Source of the DNA: Laetmonice hystrix
Lineage: Eukaryota
Assembly (NCBI GenBank): GCA_965235115.1
Contig: OZ249436.1
Span: forward strand, 37,698,001 to 37,762,000
Length of the DNA: 64,000 nt
Direction of reading: 5' to 3'
The notes beneath the pieces are model-generated. The model saw only the letters and a program-made list of their open reading frames with translations, ran no database searches and was not told the DNA's origin. Shown here one piece after another: positions 11,901-23,900 of the stretch. Each line of letters opens with the position of its first letter. Within the stretch, counting starts at the first letter, position 1. The position numbers and the translations under genes are program-made.

Positions 11901-14900
11901 TGTACTGTGAGCGGTGGAAGCCATGGTCTCCGCTGTCATTGGTGTACTGTGAGCGGTGGAAGCCATGGTCTCCGCTGTCATTGGTGTACTGTGAGCGGTG
12001 GAAGCCATGGTCTCCGCTGTCATTGGTGGGTGTACTGTGAGCGATGAAAGCCATGGTCTCCGCTGTCATTGGTGGGTGTACTGTGAGCGGTGGAAGCCAT
12101 GGTCTCCGCTGTCATGGGTGTACTGTGAGCGGTGGAAGCCATGGTCTCCGCTGTCATTGGTGGGTGTACTGTGAGCGGTGAAAGCCATAGTCTCCGCTGT
12201 CATTGGTGGGTGTACTGTGAGCGGTGGAAGCCATAGTCTCCGCTGTCATTGGTGGGTGTACTGTGAGCGGTGGAAGCCATGGTCTCCGCTGTCATTGGTA
12301 CGGGTACTGTGAGCGAAGTATCATCAGGCATACTGGTTACAAGTAGACCTATATCTATGGAAGCAAGGAATGAAAACTAATAGTAATTACTTCATGAGGG
12401 CAAATTAATTATCTTATCACGTAAAAAGAATGACTCAATTATGAAATTATGTTTGAAAATAGTCATTATATTAGGATAACATATAGTTATATTCATAACA
12501 AAAACCGAAAGAACATGATCGAAACTAAATCGCCTAGAACATCTTTGTTAATTGGGCCTATTCTTTAATGGTGATATAATTATCACCAGACAAAAATATA
12601 TAGGTGTGCTTTTTGACATTCGAAGCTGCCGGGTCCTTCGTCTTGCCGTGGTCTTGAGGAAATTCTTACGAATGTCAGAGACTGCATTGAAAACTCGTAC
12701 ATCTCGGTCAAGTGTCGTTAGGTATACGGGCAACACAAGACATAGCCCCTCCCCCCAATGCAGAGCGTTGATACGAGTATTTTGCCCTCTGTTATGCCCC
12801 CCTCGTCTGCTTTGTAGTGTACTAAAAACCTAACCTTTTACATCTAGCTTTTCATGCAGACACGGTGTTAATGACTACTGCTCATTATGACATAAAGAAA
12901 GCAACCTTAAACCTATAGATGTACTTCATGTTACTCATTTCTATGTTACAGGACATATCTTTGTATTTGAAGAAAGTTGTGCCTGAGTAATTACTTACGT
13001 AGGCCCTATTTGATTTCATAAAACATATCTTGAACAATGCAAGAAATTCTTCTCCGGCCCTGAGCGACTTCCCTTGCGATTTTTGATTTAATGGTGGAAT
13101 TTCAACCTGAAATCTTTCTTGGCTGACCTTGCTGCTTCAGGAAATTGGTTCCATCCTTTAATCTCAAAATCACAGTAAAATAAAAGGTTGATGTCAAAAT
13201 CGCATGGACGTCGCAAGAAAAATCGCCTTAGTGGATCAGGCCGGGAAAGTTAAACGACTTTTACGCAAGAACATTTCCTAAGCTAGGGGTTCATTGAAAC
13301 CACAGTGTCGTATCAAAATTCGGCAAGGCTCATGGATTGTCTAATTCCTAAATCAAGCCTCTCTTCGGCAGAAGTCAGTATAGTCGAATAGTCCGGTGGA
13401 AGGACTTCCGTTTTCGTAACGCTATGGTGTGGGAGTAATACGGCCGTGAGGGATTCTATATAATTCTTATGACTTGAGCCCTCTCTTCTCCTCATAATAA
13501 CAATAAAATCATGCCGAGCATAGCGAGGCTAAAACTGTTTTTAGGTGCCCCCCCCCCCCTTATCAAAATCCTGGATCCCCCACTGTAACTGATTAGAATT
13601 CCATGAAAAATGTCACACGTCCGGGCCACTGAGCGTCCCCTACGGGGCAAGGGGACTAATAAATGGTCGCAACGCCCTCTTCTCCTCGTGAACTATCCAT
13701 GACTAGGAGGAAGTCTTCCTACCGTTGTTTAAAAGGGTCATGTTGGGTCTTCAAACTTAGCTGATATATCCAAATTTCATGGCCACTGAGGGCCCCTTAG
13801 GGGGGACTAATGAATGGTGCTGGAAATGGTGTTTAACAGAAACATTTCTGAGAGTGCTTGAAATGGTGTTTGACAGAAACATTCGTCTGAGAGTGCTGGA
13901 AATGGTGTTTGTTTTCAAGGATTAAGCTGTATCCTCACTGGACGCGTGCGACGCGAGCGACGCGAGCGACGCGAGCGACGCGCGCGTTTTTCTTTGGAAG
14001 TAAAGGCCTGTACCCACTATCGTGTTTTACCGCTGCGGTCCACGCTGAGCGACAAAACGCGCTAGTGGGTTCAGGCCTTACGGCAATCACCACCGCCTTC
14101 AGGAGATATGTGGACATTTCAGAATTACGTGGGAGTCCGAATTTTATCACGATGAATACAACAATGACAGCTAAAGGCCTGAACCCACTAGCGCGTTTTA
14201 CCGCCGCGGTCCACGCTGAGCGACAAAACGCGCTAGTGGGTTCAGGCCTTAATGGAAATGAATGGAACGCGTCACAAAAAATGCCGCGCGCGTCGCGCGC
14301 GGTCAGTGCAGATGGCTCTATTCATTTCCGTTATTTCTAAAAGTCCAGTGGGGATACAGATTTACCCCTACAAAAATCCCGATTTGGCAGTTACATAGGT
14401 TGGACACTCTGTTTTTTTTTTTTTGCAAACCCGTTCCTATACTAAGAACCACATCACACAAGACTTAAACTCTGTGATTCCTTTGGGTTTGATCGCTAAC
14501 GTGTTTGAGTCGGTCCCGGTCTAGATATCCAGCGCTGATCGGGCCGAGGTTCGGGAGAAGTTTTCCCGAGAGTGGGCCCTCCTCAACGCATCCACCAAAA
14601 TGGCGGCCGGGCACCAGAAGGAAGCCATGATCCTAGACTGTTCATTTGGCGGCACGGCGTGCGGTCCGAAGCAAGTATAGCTTCTCTTCGCGTTATTCCC
14701 CATGCCTAAAACGGATATTTCACCGGAAAATGTCGAAAATATTTTCAAACCATAGCAATTTTTACTAAATGAACCATTACCAACTACAAACGATTGGTTT
14801 GCAATTAGTAGGCCACATTTTCGTTAATATTAGCGTTGAGTGAATTTATATATTGGTCTTGGCATTAATTGTGAGTTACAAGAGTCAGACGTGGATGTTA

Positions 14901-17900
14901 TCGACGATATTTTTCAAAAGTACAACACAATTTGGTAAATGTTGATTTAGTCGCTTCCTGTGTTGTCTCACTGACCGTTGATATGGATTCTGTGCCGAAC
15001 ACCTTTTTTTCTTCCTTCTTCAAACAGAAATTTTACGCAGTTCCTGAATCCCTATTATGGAAATTGCTACGTTTTCAATGCCGGCTGGGATGGCACACCA
15101 CTATTGAAAACTCACAGACCTGGGCCATTCTACGGTTAGTGACAACATCGACCGATATATTTATATTTTGTCAAATGCATAACTTAAAACTGTCTTCTGC
15201 TTGCATAATACCTCTGTTACTGAATGCTTATGAAAGCCAGACGTAATGTACGACAGGAAGTAAATCGCAGCGTTGCCACATCAAACTTTTATTGTTCACT
15301 CACTTAGTGAATTAAAATAGTTTCACAGAGGGGCCGCCGCCTGTGCGTTCTTGGTTTTTGTAATGTTAATGTTCCCACGAACAGTACAGTTGTATTGCCG
15401 AGATAGGAAATATAACATTGATTTGGCGGTCGTATATTTCGTACTGGTATTGAGGTTTACGGGTTTCCCTATCAATAAAGGATGACGCCCATCTAAACAG
15501 AACAATCGCAATGTTATATCGAAAGTGTTATAGGCCTATTGGGCTTACAATAATGGTCAGGCCAGTCTTTGTGACTTAATGTAATACTGGTGTGCATGAA
15601 GATTCATGTCGTGGCAGGCCCTTAATTTGATTAACCCTCCGCCCCCCCCCCGCACCCTACATGTAGCCTATGTCAGAGGACAGATTGAATAGCGCATAAG
15701 CCTAATGAACATATAAGTCATAATTATGCGTAGGCCTACTATAGTAGACCATTTGTGTATGGGGGTGTAAACACGGGCTAGCCATGCAGGTTAGTGTTTC
15801 ATGGAAAATACTCTAAGAGTGTTTTGATGCTACATGGGGAATATGGCTACATTTGAGGCTAGAGAAGCGTGGGGCTGAACCGGTGTGTGTTTTGAGGCTA
15901 GCTTTAAAAGTCTCTAGAGTGATCTGAGGCTAGCCTAAAAAAAACTGTAGTGTTTCAGGGAGTATTTTGAGAGCAGCCCCAAAACACGCTAGAATGTTTT
16001 CAGCTATATAGCCTCAAAACACTGGGAAGTGTTTTTGGGACTGTAAGGGGGGTTATTCAGGCTAGGGAGTGTCTTGAGACTAGCCTAAAACACGCCAGAG
16101 TGTTTTCGGGCTAGCCTCAAAACACTGTGTAAGGGGGGGGGGGTTATTCAGGCTAGGGGGAGTGTTTTGAGACTAGCCCGAAAACACGTCAGAGTGTTTT
16201 CGGGCTAGCCTCAAAACACTGTGGAGTGTTTTTACGCTGGGGAGTGTTTGGGACTCCTATACCGGCCAGTTTGGAATACGGTCTATTAATAGGCGACGTT
16301 TTGCGAATAGTACAGAAATATAGGCGGTCTGGTCTCATACTTCTGGTTTTTAATCCCCTTTATCAACCCCCAATCCTTGACTGTGTTCTAAATGTTGGTA
16401 ATGACCAATGTGGGCATAAAACTGTTACTGGCTGTTAATAATTAATTTTGTGTTTGTGGACTAGCACTTGATTTCTAAGGCTTTGGGGGACACCAATTCA
16501 GCTTGCTTTCCCCAGGCCCCGACTTGCTACATTCGACTCTGCCAAACGCATTGTTATAGTCAATTTATTTCTACATAAATGAATAATCACTTGGTTCCAT
16601 AATGGTCACAAATGGAACTACGTATCATTGATCGCATATCATTTATCCTGATAGACCAATCCTTAGGACGGCTCAAAGTGTATAGATGCACGCAGCCACG
16701 TGGTTACCACCCCAATTATTGCAGGGAGTTGGAGAGTGTTGAGTAGATTTGGGATTGAGAGTTTCACGGCGTCAAATTGAGCAGTTCATGTCGTCATTGT
16801 GGCATAAATAACTGTACGTGACATGATACAGTGCGTATCCACCTCTATAACCGGGACTCTTTAACCTTGCAATACTCGGCCTATTTATTGCCACAGCTAC
16901 ACAAATGAGAACATTTTAAAACGCACAGAATGGGATGTTATAGCGCACATAACCACTCATTTCAAATGAAGTTTTGCATTTACCTTCAGCCATTGATGAG
17001 ACCAAAGAATTTAGCTCAAGTCCTTCTACAAACCAGATTTAGGTGATTTTTTAAACGAAGCGGGGACTTCAACATCGTCACGGCCGGCGGCCATTTTAAA
17101 TAAACAAAGAGAGCAGCTATTATCTAAGAAGGGGGCCTGGGGCCTGGATCATAATGGAGGAGTGCTTGGCTCTTTGTGTGATGGTATGCTCCCCTACTGG
17201 CCTTCAGTGCACATGCGCATTAGGACTAACAACATTGCAGGCAACGGAAATCAAACTGCTCGGTTCGAATGTTCAAACGTCTAATTTATTAAATAATATG
17301 GAATAAGCTCCCCCCCCCCCCCCCAACAAAAAAAGAGAGCAGTGGAGCAGTTTGATGGTAAGGAATACATCGATTTGATCAAACGGTATGATAAACGACG
17401 AATTATGTAGGCCTCCTACACAGCGGTGAGTTCGCATATAGTTTTAACGACCCGCAACGTCAGTCCCTGTTTGCTGGCAACTGTGACGACAATCTTTAAC
17501 CCTGCCCCGTACCTAGACTTGTCCTCTTTGTGATGGTCCTTCTGACCTAGGGCTGACTCTGTGACCATGCCCCACTATACACTGACCCATTTGCGGTGAT
17601 TCTCCTGACCTATAGGTCTGATCCTACACTGACCTTGTTTATGATTGTCCTCCTGTCCTAGGTGTGACTCTGTTACTCTTGCCCCAACTTACACTGACCC
17701 CCTTTGTGGTGTTCCTCCTGGGCCCGGTTCACAAACAAAGTCAAGTCAATTTTACTTGACTTGAAGTCAATTTTACTTGAATCTGATTGGTTAAAATGGA
17801 TTTCAAGTTAAGTAAAATTGACTTGACTTTGTTTGTGAACCGGGCCGTGATCTATGTCTGTCTCGGTAGCCATACATTCCCTTTGCGGTGGTCCTAGTGT

Positions 17901-20900
17901 TGGCCCTCCTGACCTGATGACGACCCATCAATGACGTTCCTACTGATCTAGGTCTGACCCTGGAACTTTACCTGGAGCAGCACGAACACGTGGTCGAGCT
18001 GACTGAGACGGCCGGGGTTCGTATCCTCGTCCACGACCAGAAGGCCATGCCCTTCCCAGAGGATTCTGGCATGCTTATCTCCCCGGGCTTTATGACCCTG
18101 GTCGCACTCCGCATGGTAAGTTTTACATGCGTCGGACGATCTACAGGGTGGCTCTTAGAAATGTTGTACAAAACTATGACTGTTAGAATGCAGTTGGTTG
18201 TGAAGCGAAAATATCAAAATGTGTCGGATTTTGCGTTTACTTGTGGCAAGACACTATCCTGTCGCATGAGCTGGCGTGGAGTTCCCGTTTGTCAAGATGC
18301 GATCCGCCATTTGAAATTTAGCAGGGCGTGGGAATTTTGTTACATACTTTTTAATATGCTTCAAATTTATTCATAAAAATAGGAAGATGTTCTTGAGAGC
18401 TCTTCTATGCCAATATACAATCTTTTTCAAACAATTTTAGACGTATTAGCTTAAAGTTAAAGCCATTCACGATTATCTCTTAGTTCAATGACTCCAAAAT
18501 GCAGACATGGGTTGTTAGGTTAGATAGGTTAGACTACATAAAGCAATAAATATATCTCAGAAATGGAGAAATCAAATGGCATTCAACTTCCCAGTGGCCT
18601 GTTGTCGGTATGAAGCGATCAGCTTATGGCTGGTTGTTGACTGCTGGCATTGACTTGAAGAACCAATGAAATTCATTGGTGCGTCGCTTGATAAATTGCA
18701 ATGGCTGTTCAAGTCAATGCCAGGTAAACGAGTTTGTCAACAGCCAGCCCTAAGATATTTGCTTCATAGCGACAACAAGCAACTGGAATGTTGAATTTCA
18801 TTAGATTTCTCCATTTCTGTGGGTATACAGTTTTTGATTTATGTAGTCTAAAAGGCTTTATCTAACCTAACAGTCCATCGGTTCATTTTGGAGTCATTGG
18901 ATAATCGTGAAGCGTACGTTTCATATCGCTGATCCAGACCGGCTATCTTCTAGAGGATTTTTTCACCCTAAAACATCTTGTTAGTTCTCTTATCCTTAAA
19001 GTGTACCAATATGGCCTCCTCAGATCACTTATAATAACGATTTACTGTGTAAAAGCAATTTCCTGAATCCGGGAGACAAGCAAACTGTCCCCCATGTTGA
19101 TTTCCCCTTCTTCGAAGGTCCTAGTGAAGGTGTCTTGGTGCGCAATTTGTGAAAAAACAGGTCAGTTCGGGAAACTCGGAAAGATTCGCACATCCATAGC
19201 TGATCAACCTGAATCTAACATAGTATTTAACAGCTGTAATGGAATTATAGTACGCTCAGGACGTTTTTATTTATTCTGACATTTTGAAGAGGGTTTTTAG
19301 TACCCTAATTAACAAATTAGCACTTCCGCAGGGGGTCAGTGATAGACCTTGCTCGCAGACAGTACTAGTAAATATAATAGCATTAGAAATTTGGCATTAT
19401 AACATCTAAGCGACAGGGTAGGCTTCGAGGTTTCAATTAAATCCCAGTATTTGTATATATATTTTTAGAGCCGTATAATCCGACTACCCCATCCATATCC
19501 GAGTAAATGCTGGTCTATTGGACCCGAAGAGGCTAAATTCATCGATGTATTCTCAGAGCAGCACCCGAACGTCTACTACACACAGCAGGTTGGTGTACTA
19601 TAACAGTATACATATTTACTACGTAAATCAATCAATGTTTACCCACAGATTCTAGAAACATGATCTAATGAAATTCAACATTCCAGTTGCATATTGTCGC
19701 TGAAGCCATCGTCCGGCTGGTTGTTGACAAAATCGTTGACCTTTTATAGTCTTTTTATAGTGCGCAAACTGATCACCATGTCTCCAGTCTCAAAAGACAG
19801 AGTATTTTTTTACAGCGGCAGATCCAAGGGAGGCCCTAGGCAGCCATTTGTTTTTCCATAGAACTTTCTGAATCGACCATGCTACCCCCCCCCCCCCCGC
19901 CCCCTTACCAAAGTCCTGGATCCTCCACTCTTGTGGGATAAACCAAGTGTGAAATAAGCTGCTGTCAGTTCTTCTCTTGGCGCCATTTGCATCGATAGTA
20001 TCTGTATACACCACACTCACATGAAAAGGCACCTATCCCTGATATCTGAGAACCGCCAAACAAACGTATTTTGGTGAAAGGCCTCGTATTGTTTTCCTTG
20101 ATAGGATTCGTTTAAAGCCCGAGTCTAGCCTGACTCTCCACCTGTATGGGGACGGGGACAGGAGCTTCTTTATTTGTCTGCATCAGGAAATAATTTTGTG
20201 TCTGGAAATTGGGAAGACGCATGAACAATCAGTCCATATTAATTTGCCCCGTCGTGTTATTCCAGGGGTGCCTGAAGACTTGTTACCAAACACACGTGAT
20301 CAACAACTGTTCCTGTACCGACCCGACACTCCCAATGGACGGGGTCGCCCTGCGGATGAAACTCGTCAACAAAAATCTCGACAACATCGGCCCGTGTGGA
20401 AGCCCAACAGAAGGTGGGGTCCGAGTCGGTGCCATGATATTTTGTGCCAAGTAAATGAAAGGTTCAATTCGATTTGTAATTTTCTTTCAAACTTGGCGCA
20501 GGGAGAATATATCTTTATAAGGCCCATTCATAGTATAGTCGCCGACTGGACATCGACGCCGACTGGTCTTTCGGACTAAGAATGGGTGCCAGCGACTTCA
20601 TCTATAACGTAAACTATGAATGGGCCCTAAAGGCTAGTATGAACGATAGTTTATCACCTGTTTGAATCCAGGGGGCGATATGGCGGTCACAGGTACCCAT
20701 AGTAACAGTATAGGAAGGAAGTCATAGAGTTTGATTTGGAACTAATCTTCTTGACCAATTATGTTGCCTGCTTTAAGTCTCTACTCTCATATTAATATGA
20801 TCGAATGGTTAGCCCACATGGAATGTCCTATTTCAGATCACTGTGAGGATCGCATTCAAGCAAAGGCCAAGGAGGATCTATTGCATTGCAATTGTTCTCT

Positions 20901-23900
20901 TCCATGCTCGTAAGGCCATGTTTCCCCCCATATAACCGATGTTAAAGGCACGTAGAACATAATTCATCAACCATCCCAAACCGACAACTACCCGGTAATA
21001 ACATTTCAAAAGTAGCAATACGTCAATATGGTCTGATAGTTGTCCCAAACAAAATGTTTATTCAGAATATATTTTGGGTGTGTAGGTGTCCAGAGGCGGA
21101 TCTAAGGGGGGCAGTCCAGAGGCCGATCTAAGGCCCCCCCCCCCCTAAATTTTGGACAAGTATAGTATAACTTAGGCCCAAATGAACCCAGCCACCCCTT
21201 TCGAGCAGTAAAGTAAGGTCTAACAGTAAACCTGGAGATTTATGAAGATTGAAATTTGTATAAAACATGATTTAGTTATCAGCAGTTCAGGACCAGCCAC
21301 CCATTTCCGACTTCGTCCCGGTGGGGCCCCCCTAAGCGAAAATCCTTGATCCGCCCCTGCTTATCTCTGCATTGTTACAATAACGATGAGGTGAAATTTC
21401 TCCTGGACTTGGTGAGCTCAATCGAGATGATGTAACATTAAGAAAGCCACAGACGCAAACAAAGTAAAACAAAGATCTACCGTTATTAGGCCTATGCATT
21501 GCTTCTTTCCAGAGAGACAACTTTTGTCACCATCAATTCCCAGGCAGATTGGCCTAATATGGAAATTGAGGTAAGTATCATGGTCGATCTCCCTTGAGGA
21601 AAGATTGAAAAGCGGCAACGAGTAAACGAGTTTGTTCAGAAAAGAAATTGGGCGAAAGAATGGGGCATTTATAAGATTGTTATCTTCTCTATTACTTTGT
21701 TCTGACCTGCGTATGGTACTAAAGGTGCTCTTTTAAAAAACTCAGCGATACAAGACATTATAATACATTTCAGCTAGTGCACATGAATAATTTTCTGATT
21801 GCTTCAAGTCCAGGTTTCATGGGAGATTTATACTGTATTTACATTGTATTTCAGGGAATGTATTTTAAAATGTTAGAGGAAGGAAGGCCCGAGATGGCTC
21901 GTATTTTCAATAACACGGATTCATCTAGGCCGAGGTAATTTGTGTTGTTGATAGCGAAATAAAATAAGCAATGTAGAAGATTAAACGAGGAATTTGCGAT
22001 GTGATTCTAAGACCACTGCGGTTTCCCCAATGTTTCTCGCTGGTGAATGGGATTTCCACATGTAAACCGTTTTACCAACAAAACATTGTAATTTCAGGAG
22101 TAATCTTGCAAGGGTGCAAATCTTCCTTGAAAGACTAAACCAGGAGAGAATCGAGGAAACTGTAGGATTTACGGTAAGAACAAAAAAATGGTATTTGTTT
22201 CACAGAACATAGGGCCCCAATTCAGGATTTTCCTTGCTGTACTTGGTAACTACACTATTTCTTCCTACGAGACGATAAGAAGTTTTGGCGGGACCTTTCT
22301 GGTCATTTGACCTGAAAAATGATACGAGCTGGGTGAGAAAATGAGGTGCGCGCACAATTTGTAGCAGAGGAACTGGTGTCTATAAATAGCCCATCCGCTC
22401 ACGGCGGTTGAACTGCTTGGAGCGATCCCCTCCACCCCCCACGACAGCCAGGCTTTTTTCACCGTAGAAAAGATCTGCTTTCGACCTAATAATTCTTCGT
22501 GCGATACCGCACGAACCAGTCAGATTACAGCACTGCCTGAGGCGAGATTCATAAAAGTTAGCTTGTATTTCTGGTTAGCCAATAGGAACATCCCGAGTAA
22601 AGTTATATGTAGTCGAAGCAAGATGGCGAAGCCAACGATGGCAACAACGGCCGGGTAGGCATTAAATCCTGACAGTGGGGGGTACAACCTTGAGTAAAAC
22701 TGTTGACAGGGCTGCAAGAACACATACTATAACTACCTATAATATAACCCTATCCCGACCCTTAAGCCCTAACCCACGGGCACGGCAGAGACCGAGACCG
22801 TCAGCCAGCGCCGGCGACACTGGGACGAACAGACCGGTGTTCAGATGCCAACCGAAGCGAAGCGACGATGCTGAAATCAGGAAGCTAAAATTTGGAATTT
22901 CGCGTGTTATACCGTATAAATTCAGAGTGCTACAAACTGTATTGTCAGGAAGAGACATATTTGTGTAGATTTATCAGCAAACTTGGCAAGGTAAGACCGT
23001 TAAAATTTAGTGTTGGTGGTGAGGCATGACGACGATTCAAGGTCCCAGTAATAGGTCAACCTCCGGCAGTTTATCCTGGGCTTAGCTCAAGGGGTAGAAT
23101 GCAGGATGCGCGATGCCCCTTGACAACTCAAGATGTAAATAGCCCAGTCTCCAATAACATGGTCTCCCTCTCGCACAAACCTAAAGTTGGTGGTTGGGCA
23201 GTCTCGGTAACGCTGGATGATCGAGACTGGTGGTTGGGGGGTTTCACGTCCTGTCGGCATCTTTTCGCCATTTTCAGGACCACGAAAAGTTGTTCGAACG
23301 CCTGTCCGGTCATGATGAGATGATAGTAGGTACCCGCCCGTAGTACCGGAGAAACCCGCATACATGGCATCGCCCTACTGCTACACTTATCAATAAGTGT
23401 CAAGGGTTATTTTGCCACCGACGCTGCTTTAACACATCCTGCGCTGAGACGCACTTCGCAGTCCAACTCCCACGCTCACATTCGCGCCCATTTGCTGAAA
23501 TGAACGCTCATAGATCCTGCACGGGACTCTGGGCAAACCGCAGGGTGTAACGAGGACTCCGGGGCGAACTAGTTTCACCGCAGTACATGGAAGACATGGC
23601 TTCCCGCATGACACTAGTCAAACCGGCGGCGGTTAAGCTCAAGACAGTCAACCAGCGTAAGTTTAATTCAAGACCTGTTCAACAACATCAGTGATCTTGC
23701 CGACCAGCACGCACTACTTTGTATCCACGGTGTAGTAATTGACGAGTGTGACGAGTGAGGTGGCGCGGATGCTCCTAATCGGGCCGTGAGTGATATGTAA
23801 TCTGTGAGAGTGCTTTCCCCGCACGAACGAAGATTGCCGAAGATTGCCGAAAGGACTCGAGTGTGAGAATGTCCAACTCCCTTCCAAAGCGGAATGACGA

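Noticed and set aside
6978..12040. Many short ORFs (MEAMVSAVIGG..., MTAETMAST...) in the ORF track
   Set aside because: Artefacts of translating the 46/42-bp minisatellite; frames shift with each 46-bp unit.
6477..12316. Possible CRISPR array (also considered for 33824-34829 and 39461-40380)
   Set aside because: Units are contiguous with no unique spacers, there are no cas genes, and the context is a eukaryotic intron.
12952..13426. Additional candidate channel exons 12952-12986 and 13372-13426
   Set aside because: They are phase-compatible but have weak donors and no recognisable homology, and they are not needed for a complete protein.
17476..17500. GNC-like codons resembling the GNCYTFN motif
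   Set aside because: Followed by a stop and lacking splice sites; the true motif is in exon 15028-15134.
4574..17951. Initial suspicion that the DEG/ENaC gene is a pseudogene missing its finger/palm exons
   Set aside because: Exons 4941-5022, 14525-14670 and 15028-15134 were found and restore a continuous frame.
22265..23430. Cluster of 60-97 aa ORFs in the last channel intron
   Set aside because: No recognisable domain or splice pattern. Probably decayed repeat sequence, but no termini could be defined.
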